A DNA stretch of 63,409 nucleotides, filler included, from Lenisia limosa (lineage: Eukaryota; Protista; Breviatea), in NCBI GenBank assembly GCA_001655205.1. It is 8 parts of 8 records of this genome, joined end to end, with 100 filler letters (N's around TTAATTAATTAA, not from the genome) between each part and the next. Parts side by side here need not be neighbours in the genome. Positions count along the whole stretch, not along the records: positions 1 to 13,313 come from LPNZ01002583.1; positions 13,414 to 30,735 come from LPNZ01007260.1; 6 more parts are not named here. One strand, 5' to 3'. Of the stretch, positions 13,003 through 25,700 are shown piece by piece. The translations under genes were made by a program, and so were the position numbers. Below the pieces are notes generated by a model. The model was not told the DNA's origin and ran no database searches. It saw nothing but the letters and a program-made list of their open reading frames with translations. Each line of letters begins with the position of its first letter. Within the stretch, counting starts at the first letter, position 1.

Positions 13003-13313
13003 TTTGGATATAATATATCATACTATTGACATACAGTGTATTACTATGTTACAGATGAAATGATATTACTATATATGTAATCTACTATATCGATAAATAT
13101 AATTATGCATATGGTATGATATAGCTATATTCTACATATGCTGCAGCGCAGAAACCGTGTCATTTTTGATTTTTTTAGGCTTTATAGCTCGTTAATATCA
13201 AGTTTTGGTTAATCCGACCATAGCAGCTAGCATAGAAAATTATTTTCTTATTTTTTTTTAAATCAATTCACGGATTTCAACCCCTTTTCAGCGTTTTTTT
13301 TTTTTTTTTTTTT

Positions 13314-13413
13314 NNNNNNNNNNNNNNNNNNNNNNNNNNNNNNNNNNNNNNNNNNNNTTAATTAATTAANNNNNNNNNNNNNNNNNNNNNNNNNNNNNNN
13401 NNNNNNNNNNNNN
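13314..13413. other. Artificial contig-join linker N44-TTAATTAATTAA-N44
   Basis: The same 12-mer (stops in all six frames) embedded in Ns recurs at about 13358, 30780, 39312, 42261, 45682, 51687 and 62108. Confidence 0.97.
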
Positions 13414-16400
13414 GGTGAGCTGCTTGAATCCTGTCATTGTCCTCTGTTGGATATCGGTCCTCTTATCTGTTTCGCTATAAGGGGTTTTCTTCGTAGTTAC
13501 AGAAATAATATGAGGAAGGAAGATCCCATGCTACATGAGCCCGTTATTGATATGTTATTCATCTTTCCAAGCACCCCCCTTTCCACACATCTTTGAGAGC
13601 GGAAGCAGAAGGAACAAGGAGGGAGATCAGCATATTGCAGACCTGGATGTGAGAAAAGAGGACAAATCAGACACCGAATAATCAACCAAAAGTCTCCCAC
13701 TCACTTGGATCATAGTAATCGCGGTGGGATAGTCGGTACCATCCGTTTTTGAGGCTTCAATGCGGAACAACTAAGTAGTCAGCCATACTGACCCCTGTTG
13801 ACAGATCTTTACTGGCCACATACCCCCTTTCCACCCCCCACAGAAATGCATTCCGACGGGTAGTTGTCGAGGTAATAAATGATGCATTCCAAGCCGAAGA
13901 TTCCCAGTCCTCTGAAGTCTGTTGCCGGGTCTTTTCCCTTGACCGTGAGGACGGGTGTAATCCATCATTGCTGCGAGAAGTCGATTCAAAGAATAACAGG
14001 CAATCAAAACCATGTATACCTGGAAGCCTAAGTCTCCCCATTGGCTGGTCACACGGTTCTCCAGCGGATTGTCTGGGAAAACAGTGTTCCACAATCGAAG
14101 AAGAAGTTCCTATAGAGAGGAATTAACAAGTCTAAACTCCAATCCATCATGGAAAAGACAACCATAATAGGCTTTCTTAGAAACCAATAAAACCAATGTT
14201 CTCCCTAGTCATAATACCAACTTCATGCTCAGGGTTTTCTTTGTCGTACGATATTGACTTGCGTCTTTGGGAATAGTTGACCTACAAAATGAATAAAATC
14301 ATGAAATATAATATATTAATTTGAATGAGCTAGGCTCAGTTTTGCTTTGCTTAATGTTGAACTCTTCTTGAAATAAAAAATAAGGTCGTATCTGACCGAA
14401 GCCGTCCACNNNNNNNNNNNNNNNNNNNNNNNNNNNNGCCTTACAACTCTGTGCACACAGCTTTCTGCGTGCCATAATAATATGAAAGTAGTAAAAGAGA
14501 GGTGATTAACATGACGACATTTTGTTGTTGCAAGAGTGTGAATAAGCAAGTCATCAGACCTTCGCAATGAGGAAAAGCACGAGTTCTGCCTTGAATTGGC
14601 CCTCTTGAACAGAGAGTTGCTCCTGAACAAGTCAATGATGACGGCCCTAAACACACACAAAGAGAGACAGACACATTAGTTTGGATGTCCCTACGGTCCG
14701 AAAAAGACAAATAAAATATCGATATTTATCGAGAATTTATCGGGAAATTCACTCTTTTTTGGGACCGTTGGCTAGTTGCAAGTCCCCCACTGAAAGCGCC
14801 TGACGGAAGTTGGCTGCTTCGATGCTGTCCATTATGGCGTCAAGGTCCGACGAGGGTGAGAACTTGACCAGCGCATTAATGAGCCGTATCCTGGTAGGTG
14901 AGGTAACCCATAATAGTAATTCTAAATTTACAGTTTTTGACAAGCCCTTGGCGTCTCAAACAAGCCTGAACTTCATATTTATAGGCTAACAATACAAAGA
15001 CAGGCAGCTAATGTCCTTTTAATCGCAAAAAATGGGACTAGAAGTGTTTGTGGGATTGAGGACTGACACTTTAAATCCCCTAAATATTAATTCTAACTGC
15101 ACTTTCACTCGAAAACATAAGGAAAGCGAAAGGTGGTCAGAGTAGGAACTGGACATCATAATTTACCATTCCAATTTCGGTTTAAGAAATTCATTGTTGA
15201 CATAAAGATCCCACTTACGCCTGTGTTTGGAGGTCCACATTGGGTAACGAGACGAATTGACAGATCTGTCCTATGCCATTCTCACTCTCTTCTAGCTCTT
15301 TACGGATCTGACAAATAAAGCAAAGTTATAAGTAGGGGTTCCCTACGGTCCCAAAAACGATATTTGACCGGTCTTTTTCGGACCGTAGGGAAGCCCTAGT
15401 TGTAAGGCATATCATATCATTGTATATTAACATATATCTGTAATACATATATACATATGATATAGTATATAATATAATACTCATACATATCAATGATATA
15501 CGATAGTATGTATAATATATCATATTTCTATAAAACTATGCAGTGTATGTAATAAGCATAAATAAAAAAGCGTATAATACCCGTAAAAAGGGGCCTACCG
15601 TGGTGTATCGCGTTTGCTCCTCAGGACTGGCCTTCTCCCACGGGTCCTTCTGTAGGCGTTATCTCAGAATATTGAAAAAAGAAAAGTGTCACTATTAAGT
15701 TGCTTGCGTTCCAAAATTTGTCTGAAGTCCCAACCCTCACCTCAGCAACAGCGACAACGTTGTGCTGGGCAATTGCATGAGTTTCGCTGCTATCATTGAT
15801 ACTATCCTGTCGGTGGGCTGAAAGATAAGTTCCTTTTCACTCTTTTCTTTTCACTCTTTTCTTTTCACTCCATCGAAGCCATAAAGCTTACTTATAAAGT
15901 TGACAAGAATCTGAAGGCAAGCTCGTGACACTGTTTGATTGGGGGTGGGCAGCTTGCTGACAAAGAGCGATACCATCTGCTTTGTTAGCACACAAAAGAG
16001 TTCATAAGGCTATCTTTAGAACCACTAACATCCAATGCTTCATTCCAGGAATAGGAGTGTTGGAGAGCTATCTCATAGGCAGCAATAGCATACGCCAAAC
16101 CCGAACCGGAAGTTGAGGTGAGGGAGTCCTGGGGGGGGGGGGGGNNNNNNNNNNNNNNNNNNNNNNNNNNNNNNNNNNNNNNNNNNNNNNNNNNNNNNNN
16201 NNNNNNNNNNNNNNAAACAAAGCCCAGGTCAGTCGCTTCTGCAGCACCGCAGTGATTGAGGGGTAAGATAGACATTTATGGAACAAAAAAACAACAAAAA
16301 CATCAATAATAATAACAATAATAACAATAATAAAAATAAAAATGGGGGCTTGCATGCAAAATATTGATCACTATACCTGAAACTTCTAAAAAAAACAGTC

Positions 16401-17400
16401 GGGATATAATATCACAATAAAGATGAGCCAAATTAATAATCACAACAAGTTATCAAACCTTCAAATGCTGAATGCCCCCCTTTTCAATGAAGAAATGGGC
16501 AATAACCCGGTCCTGTGGGGGGGGGGGTAAAATAAAATCATGAAACAAAAAAAACAAGCATCCGCTGTCAAAAAAATCTCAACACAGCATGATCGCATTA
16601 AAAATACTCTTTGTGTTCTATTCAATGCATGTGGTGATTCCAGCGTTACCCACCAATAAGTCTGTTTTGAGAGCGAACACGCTGTTCTTCACCTTAGCAG
16701 CTTCCCCTGATTGAAGCCCTGGATAGTAAACCCAGAGAAATGAACTGTAAATCTTGTTTGTTTTATCATTTTTAAAAGAGATTTTGCTTCAGTCCCAAAG
16801 GCACCTTGAATGTGACTTTCAGCAATGGAGTCAGGTTTGGGCAGGAAAACTAGCTTCTCTTTATCCTGCAGTGTTTCCAGGTCCTAGGATATCAGGCAGG
16901 TGTGCTGAAGAAAGCAAATCAATCCTTAGAAGTCCAACCAGAACAGTGAAATAAAAGATGAGTTGAGGGCAGAATATTGCCCCAAGATATTATCAAGAAA
17001 GATTAGGTCCACAAACACTTGAACTCAGATACACCGAAGATCCCTGAAGAAGGTCTGATCCCTCTTTAACAAGTACCCATTCATGAACACTGTTGATAAT
17101 AAGAAAGGAAAGGCAAAGAGAGCCAGCCAATACCTGTGTTTTGCAGGAATTGTAAATGACATTTTTAAAGTTGCAATTAAAGCGTCAATTGACTCAGTCG
17201 GGTCCATCTCCACCCTGAAAGTTAGTCCTACTGTTCTTACGCTATACAGCTTACTTCTCATAAGGCCCCTCCTTGAGCCTAATTTGGGCTATTACCATCT
17301 TAATAATAAATTATTTCCACTAATACTAATATAAATACTATTGTATGATGGGTTTTTTTATTTATTTTAGGAAATTCACTTGGGGTCTCCATCCCTCTTT
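13414..17400 (-). CDS. ELMO: ELMO/CED-12 family protein (N-terminal region + ARM-like region + ELMO domain), truncated at contig edge; start approximate
   Basis: SYDKENPEHE-ELLLRLWNTVFPDNPLENRVTSQWGDLGFQ-GKDPATDFRGLGIFGL...DYPTAITMIQ; upstream GSGLAYAIAAYEIALQHSYSW and DLQTQAIRLINALVK resemble ELMO1 ARM segments. Confidence 0.85.
14682..14775. mobile_element. MITE family A copy (degenerate ends), ELMO intron
   Basis: CCCTACGGTCCGAAAAAGAC...AATATCGAT...TTTATCG...GGGACCGT. Confidence 0.7.
15333..15398. mobile_element. MITE family A short copy, ELMO intron
   Basis: TA-GGGGTTCCCTACGGTCC...GGACCGTAGGGAAGCCC-TA. Confidence 0.85.
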
Positions 17401-17774
17401 CTCCTGGACGACTTTCCCTTTTTTTTGGTTTTGTTGTTGTAACAATGTTTGTATGTGAATAGTAAATTTATTTTTGTATAGTGTGTTGTAATTTATCTTG
17501 TTAGAGAGCACCAAGTCTTTCTCGTGAAGTGGCCCTTTTATCAACCGCACTTCTGCATTCTTCCTTCTTTTTTTTTTGTTAAAAAAAAGCTAAAAAAATT
17601 AAACAGAATTGTTTAGAATTGGATGGTTGCCTTCCCAATGCCTCAGCCTTTCGATTGTTAGATTCGTTCATTAGAGGTTTGCAACAGGAAGGCACCACTA
17701 GTTAAATAAAAAAACAACAATGTTAATTTTGGTAACCATGGTGGACATTTTGGAAATGTCACCTTTGCAGGGTC

Positions 17775-20700
17775 ATGGCAGGGCAATCATGGACAGCACA
17801 GAGGCCGCGCCTCCTCATGTCTCCTGTATCAAGCAAGTGGATGAGGTTCAAACAAACGCTCATCGTTATCTTCTTGACTGCCTTCGTGGGTATTGGTCGG
17901 GTGATTTTAATAGAAAAGAGTGAGGGGGCTGTCGGCACCCGTCATTTTAAACCTATGTGATGACGTTTACTGTTCGCAATTTCACTGAGACAGATTGCTT
18001 ACGGCTACGTGATATTCTACTCTGCAGCGATACCCTATGAAGAGATTGAGAGAATAACGTTGACTGATAACTCGACAATTACGCTTAATGTTGAGGTACT
18101 TCTTGCCCTGAATTGAATTCCTCTGCATGTCGTCTATGAGGGTAGTAACCATTCAGCACTGTACTGTTCTGTTCACCGATCTCGACCAAATAGCATCTGG
18201 TCACATTGTGGCCTTCGATATTATTAGCCCTTCCACTATTGTTTGGTCCTATTCAAATTCAAATCTTAAGATCACGGCCAGGGTTTGATATTCCATACCA
18301 AGGCAATTTTATTGTTTTAGACAACAGATTTCTGTGAAATCATCATTTACTCCGCTCCAAAGGCAACTATCAAGACCTTGTCGGTATGATGTTAAATGTT
18401 CTCCACCAAATCAATAGTTGTTTAAAAGTGACAACAAAGAAATCATTCAAACGTGTTCCTTGGTAATTTTGGTATTATATGTAACATATTATTTAATTCT
18501 CTCAACTTCTCACTTGGCAAGATTACTGGTTCAAGTCCGCACCAGACTGAGACTGCGTTATCTTCCAAGAATATTATTCGTAAGCTGGATAATCCAACGT
18601 ATTTCATTTGTGATGTAACATTGTTTTTTTCCTTTCTAGGATTCCAGGCTGACTACTCTGGGTCTATTTTGGAGTCAAGCTTCAGGGGATACTTCAGAGA
18701 GGTGGGCTAGAGACGACCAATGTTCTGTTGATATTACTGAAACCAAAAACTCATGGAATAGATCCGAGCAGTTGCAGGGTCAACATGCAGTTTAGGCGAT
18801 GTCAGCATTGACGGCGATAGCGGTAATGCCATCATCGAGTGTGACTGGAGTTCGTTGGTGGTTGTGCTGCGTGCTGGTTTTGCTGTAATCGATTCTGTCA
18901 AGGTAAGACAAAGGCTTATGTAAGGAAGGGTGATAGCTTTTTGGGAGTCGTACTGCTTCAAAGTCCTCAAATGTAATCAGAATGTGGATTTGACATACAC
19001 CATACCCATCCCAAGTGACGCGTCGGATTGCCTGTGTCTGTCTTCGGCTGCTTTGCTGCGTGGGTGGTGTTGGCTTTTCAATACTGGTTTTTGTTGTGTC
19101 AATCTCAGGGCTGTTAATATTTACTTCTTTCATTTTGGTCCTCCAGCTACCATACCATCTTGCAATGCGACTTCAGGGCTGTGCCCCCAGGAAACCATTT
19201 CGCTTTCTGCAGGAACAACTGAGACACGGTGGGATGTCCTATTTTCACGCATATTTCGTGGGGCTAATTGATACGTTGCCTTGTACACATTGTCATCCCC
19301 TCAGGAAAGCTACAGTTGAGTTGCATCAACCTGGCTCTGTTCTTTCAATAGTAGTTGCTCCAACCGATGTGAGTTCAATAGCAACCCAAGAGGGCTTGAC
19401 TTATTATCATGGTTTCTGAAACTCACTGCATTACCATGTGCTATGGATGGGATACAAAGACCAACTTTAAAGGTCGTATTATGAACTCTGTTAATACAGG
19501 TCTTTCAATTTTTATGATTATAGGCAACTCTTTCAGAGGTTTCAACGTATCATGGTGATGCAAAAGGTAGGGTGAGTCCATAACTCTTGACCTAATTGGT
19601 ATAATTCACTCTCAAGGACAATCGCTCTCACTAACGTCTTCGTCGAAGCTGCAGGAGTACACAGCAGATGGGGCATCCACAACTGCGGCTTCTCAAATGG
19701 TTTGAGGCTTATCACGACACCCTCCTGTGGTAATTGCGTTCTTATTCCTGAGGTCTTCATTGGAAGTGAGGGACCTGGAAACCCCGCGACCGTTAGGGCC
19801 TGGGTGTGGTCTACTGCAGACACCTACCTTCAACTTCCCCTCATGTTGGTGGTTCATATCTATATGAGTATTGGCTTTTTGATTTTAAATGTAATCTCAA
19901 ATCCTGTTGTGAGATGATCGGTTCTTCTCAATTTACTGAAACAGATATCTTCGCGTTGTTTCGTTAACTCTGTTGGTACCCGAAAGCTCATGGCAAAACG
20001 TGACCTTCGTCCCGGGTGAGGGGTGTAGTGTATCACGTGACCTTCGTCCCGGGTGAGGGGTGTAGTGTAGCACGCTAGAATGGACTGCGTATGGTTTTAA
20101 TCCTCAGGCCTATGTCCCGTCAGTCGAGTTGCCGAGGACATGCTCATTTCAAACTCATTTACTGCGCTTCAGGCGGGGCTTGGTGGGCTACGTGTATCGT
20201 GTGTCGATTCGAAAGATATTGAAAGCGGTCGTTTTAAGAGTCAAAGGACCCACATACCCTTATTATTTTCGCTTTTTATCTGATTTTACTCCCAAAGGCA
20301 CAACATCAGGCAGATTAGCGTACGTTAAATGGGACGAAGACGAGTTCCACACTCTGGAGGAGGATGGCGTTGGCGGATATGATGTCATCAAAATGGAGTA
20401 TGCTGGATTCAAGAGTTGGGATGTGTATGGAGTGGAAGGCCAATTGCTCTTATAAATTTGATGATGTGATGTGGTTGGCCTTGATCCTTTCCCATTGATG
20501 TTGATATGTACGACATTGCTATGCGTTGACATTTCAGTTGGCGCACCGACAAAGGGCTGATCCTGGTGAATGTCCTTGGCGGTTTACTGGGCTTGGTGCT
20601 TGTAAGCGGCTACACCAAGTAACTGTTTAGTCAGAGACGTTGCATTGTTTGACATTGTAGACGGCAGTCACGTCCATCATGTGCATTCGGATTGTGAGGC

Positions 20701-22742
20701 ACCGCTGGAGCTTAGAGTTTGCTCGCTACGCTGCACAGGCAGCGCTACTGAGAAGCGAAGACACTCATTCAGTGGGTGTTGATGTTGCTTTCTTATCACA
20801 ATTTAGGAGCAGTCATTTCTACAGCAACGAGGAATTTTTTGGTATTTACAGGTGAGTTGTATTTGCTTCTTTCTAGTCTGTGCCAAACTGTTCACTTCTT
20901 ATTTTTATACACCAGGCCGAAGCCGCGCATTTAAGATTAGCCAAGGCTGCCCGAAAGGTCCTGATCACAAAGGAAGTATCACCTGAACAACGTGAGGGGC
21001 TTTTCGACAACCTCACCATAAAGGGGTCAATTGGTATATGGACATAATATAGTATACTATGCATATTTTATACAAATATACATTGATTCACATTTGTAGA
21101 CTTTGACAACCGTTTTCTCCACGTAATCGACCGAGACCTTCGACGAGGCATGATTCTGGAGCCAGAGGTACTACTACGTGTGGTTTTTAGTTCTGACATT
21201 TGTAGTCCAAAACTGACCGTGTTGGATCATTTGTCCGCTTCTTAAAGAAGGTGGGAAGGCTTTTGCTTTAGGATGTAATGTATCGTGAAACTAAAACTAA
21301 AACTAACACTTTGAGTTTCATCACGGCTTCGGCCAGATAAAACCTTATTTATTATTTCTCATTGCTATATACTATATATCCCTTGGGATCAAACCAACAG
21401 CTATCTCAATACTTTAGTCATACGAAGTTATCGGTCGAGCGTTGTACGAAACAGCGGAAGCTTTGATGTACTTTGTTTTCGTAGTGCTTTGGGGTGGTCC
21501 CATCATATTAGCAACGTACCTCTACACTTCAGGTATGGCTGTCTACGTACCTGAAGATTTTTTTTTTTTTTTTTTTCGNNNNNNNNNNNNNNNNNNNNNN
21601 NNNNNNNNNNNNNNNNNNNNNNNNNNNNNNNNNNNNNNNNNNNNNNNNNNNNNNNNNNNNNNNNNNNNNNNNNNNNNNNNTATTTCCACACGTCTTTTAC
21701 CCTTCAGCGGATCCCGACAAAGACACTTCTCTCATTCGTCTTATCACCGTTGTTGTCATAAACGTGTTCATGGTTCTCGGCTTTCTGGAGCTTCTTTTGC
21801 ACATTCGCGGCCGTCCAGGGTTGGCATTAACGCTATCTCACCATATTCTTATTTCACAGCGGAGCGTACCGCATTCGCTACTACCTTCAACTTGTGTTCC
21901 ACTACTGTAAGTGGAATATTCTGTTTATATTTGGTCTTCTTTTCTGATTTGGCCAGACGCTGGGGGAGTGGGATTGGTGTCGCTGTTCATAGTGTGGACC
22001 ATGGCGGCCTTCATCATGCTGGGTGCATTCATCAACCCGGTCAAAGTTGGGGGGGGGGGGGNNNNNNNNNNNNNNNNNNNNNNNNNNNNNNNNNNNNNNN
22101 NNNNNNNNNNNNNNNNNNNNNNNNNNNNNNNNNNNNNNNNNNNNNNNNNNNNNNNNNATCGGAGTGTACCATGTACATGAGTGACATTCCAAGATTATGC
22201 CCTACGCCACTGCAATCATCACTGTGTTGGTTCACATCTCCCTAACGTACAAAAAGTGAGGGGGCTTTTTCACACTCACACTTCCATTGCATATCAGCCG
22301 TAACCATCAGACTTGTTGGCTGGCGAGACGCAGTTCGAGAGTCGTTCTATGCTGTCTTGAATAAGGCTTCCGCTTTCGTTCCTAAGGACCTTGGGAGGGA
22401 AACTATCAAGGAGGTTTGTACTTTTTGACTATGATTCTCTGAAATGTAACATGTGCATTTCATTTCAGTTTCCAGTTTATCTATTACATTTATAGATTGC
22501 GCATACTATACATGTAGTAGTATATATATTTCCTGTGTTTGACGACTAAGGCGCTGAAGCACTCTCATAACTTATTGGCGGGCAATAACGCAGCACTGAG
22601 TCCGTTGGTGTCACCTTCAGATGAGGGTGGGTGGCTGCTCATATTCCGCCATACCTTTTGTATTCCTCTAACGCTGACAGTGCGCACGACTCCATCATTG
22701 GCCACAGATCCGGATGTGTATGATGGGTTTTTGATGGGCTGA
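17775..22742 (+). CDS. Hypothetical large membrane protein: N-terminal hydrophobic segment, long ectodomain, about 5-6 C-terminal TM helices
   Basis: Many GT-AG exons; TM-like GLILVNVLGGLLGLVL, ALMYFVFVVLWGGPIILATYLY, LIRLITVVVINVFMVLGFLELLL, GGVGLVSLFIVWTMAAFIMLGAF, IMPYATAIITVLVHISL. Family not recognised; 3' boundary uncertain. Confidence 0.6.
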
Positions 22743-22750
22743 TGTTCACA

Positions 22751-25700
22751 ATGATGATCTCATCTTTCATCAAACGGGTAGCGCAAGACGGATTTAGGAG
22801 TGCCTACCTGGGTTATTATGCAGGGGCTATTGTCCTTATTCATGAATCTAATCCTTGTAGGTATGCGGGGGAGGCACACAGAAAGCTGTGTGCACAGTTG
22901 TAAGGCAAATGATTGGGTGAATTAATATTTTACGACAATCCATTATCGCTGATATCGTGATGTTGTGGACGACGTCGGCCAGATACAACCTTATTTTTTT
23001 TCTCATATCAATAAAATATGATTGGTTATGATGAGGGAATGTTTCTGACAATTAAGCACGGCCAAGTCGGTGGTAACCTTTGTTGTGCAAAGAGCAGGTG
23101 GTGTAGAGCAGAAGACAAAGGAGGTGCAGGAGGAAGCAATGGAGTTTCAGACACTCTTATCGGTTTGTCTGTTGTTAGTGTGACCTTCTAGCTTATTCGG
23201 AGTATCATTAAAGAGGGACCAACAGCCTGTCAGAATCCTGCCGCTTCTATCTTATCATGTCTGAACCCAAGGGTCCCACCTGACTGCAACTTTCACCTGA
23301 CTCGTTTAGTGCTCTCTCAAGGCTCCATTATCGATGCGATTGAGAACGTGACAACTCCTGACAGCATATCCCTCCTTGTTCAGTCTGTTGTTGTTGTAAG
23401 TTTGGATCACATTTGGCTAATGCAGTGCATTGACGATCTTAGGGCTCTCTCGATGGAGACACCACTGGGCAATTCAAAGACATTGTGCATGATTCTGTTA
23501 CCAAATGGACTGTAAGGGACGCATTGTACAGCTTACGTCAGCAGACTCAGTATGTCCTCCCAGCCTTTCATGATCGGTTGCGTACGTCTTCTGTTCTTCC
23601 CCTATTTGCTACTGAGTTACTGGAAGTGAGGGGAGCGTTGGATAACCGAGCTTTACAATCAGAGAGCTGATATGGTAAAAGACAATACAATGAGCAGCTG
23701 ATGCGTATAACCTAAAACCTCATATTGCAGTCGATTGGTGGGAGTGGAAGGGCAGCTGCTGTTCTGAGGCATTTACTCAAGGACAACATGGAGGTTAGGG
23801 GTGGCGTATTGAACGATGTCAAAGTGATCCGAGACAACTATTCTCCTTATTCCACTTTAGAATTCGGAACAACCTGAAGTGATCAACCTGCTTGATGCTG
23901 TTTTTAGTAGTATTACTCTGGATATTGTCAACTCCAGAACCATTTTGGCGGTGAGTTCGATTAATTTCTGAGTTCCTGTCAGACTGATATGTACTTACTC
24001 CTACAGGGCGTGACTCACTTCATTTCGCAAGAGGGAGAGGGCTCACTGTTCAGTGCCCTCAACCTCTCTATGTCTTCTATCCTGGCCGATATGCTACAGG
24101 TCTGATAAGTGGCGATATGCTACAGGTCTGATAAGTAGCGATATGCTTCAGGTCTGATAAGTGGCGATATGCTACAGGTCTGATAAGTAGCGATATGCTA
24201 CAGGTCTGATAAGTGGCGATATTTTTATTTATATTTTGGCTAGTGTGCTGCCGCGCTAATCTGTGTTTTCACCCCCCCCCCNNNNNNNNNNNNNNNNNNN
24301 NNNNNNNNNNNNNNNNNNNNNNNNNNNNNNNNNNNNNNNNNNNNNNNNNNNNNNNNNNNNNNNNNNNNNNNNNNNNNNNNNNNNNNNNNNNNNNNNNNNN
24401 NNNNCTCGAAACAGCCTACTGCCGCCTGATGGACGCCCAAGACTGTCTCAAAACGGTTCAGAACATTATGCAGATCATCGTCCAGTTCAACATCGATAAT
24501 GGTGGCCGGGTCATGCCATGTGCCTTCCTGTGGCCTATTTCTCATCTCACCAGGTCCGACTAAGAAGGAGTTCCAGTCGGAGAACGTGATGGTGGGTGGG
24601 TAAGCTGAAGAACAATGCTGGATATATCTGTATAAATCTGAAATCGGACGGGCGTTCTTATATATTGTGTCACCCCCCCCCCCCNNNNNNNNNNNNNNNN
24701 NNNNNNNNNNNNNNNNNNNNNNNNNNNNNNNNNNNNNNNNNNNNNNNNNNNNNNCGCGGCCGCCAGACTCAGTGTCCGCTCTCTTCGATGACGTCACTTC
24801 TCTCCTGAAGATCCTGCCGCCATGCTCCTTCCAAGCTCCGTCAGGGCCGCAAGGTGCGCCCGCTTTCATTGTTTCTTTCAAGTTGTTCAAACTTTCGAAC
24901 ATTCTGATATTTTTTGTAGCTCTCTCTTTCGACTCTCTCTTTTCGGAATTGGCTTCTTTGGATTCTGAAATGCGAATTCGAAGAGTAGTTGCGTTGTTTG
25001 GAATGCTCAAATATTCCCTCATGAAAATACCTGGTAGGGATAAATAATGGAACATAGCTTTATACTCAGAACTCCCCCAAGCTATGGATTCACTTGTCTC
25101 AACCATCCCAAAAGTCAGCAATATTCCTTCACTGGTCTACCAAGAGGCTGTCAGCAGCCTCAGGTTCCCCGAATCCTTGGTTTCATGTAAGGCGGTGGTC
25201 GAAGGTGACGTATCTGTTTATAAGAAGCTTCCGAAACGGCTCTGATGCTCCCCTTAACATCTTGTGTATCTTTTCATAGTTCAGATGACTCTCACCTCAA
25301 AGCGATTCCATTCATGTTCTCTCAGGTCTGCAGGCTGGCTTGGGGCGGGGATGCAACATTGTTTTGTTTTCTTGGGATACGAACTTAGATACTCTACTTA
25401 CTGCACAGAACACCATCCATACCCCAGCAGTCCTGTTACTGTGGGCGGCTTTGGCCCTCACCGGCAAGGACTCCATTTTCCATGCCTTTTCCGTTGTCCT
25501 TGATACCCCTTCATTGAACAAATCCGACTCTTCAAGTCTCTTTTTTGAGGTGACCAAAGGTTGTTGATGACTTTTTAGTGCCAGGAGGTCATCAACACTG
25601 CCACAGCCCTTTCAGACGCTGCTCCTTCACTCAAAATTGGAGCGGCCATATTAGAGAACCTGGCATCGGCGTTGAGCAACATGCTTATCACCAACGGAAT

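Noticed and set aside
13020-15560. TA/CATAT-rich low-complexity tracts (also 150-210 and 31985-32030) as AMT1 target islands
   Set aside because: Ordinary low-complexity intronic or intergenic DNA; nothing in the sequence links them to methylation.
20110-20460. RVAEDM...W read as a GT2/glucan synthase ED...QxxRW motif
   Set aside because: No QxxRW or DxD context; the segment lies in the apparent ectodomain before the first TM helix.
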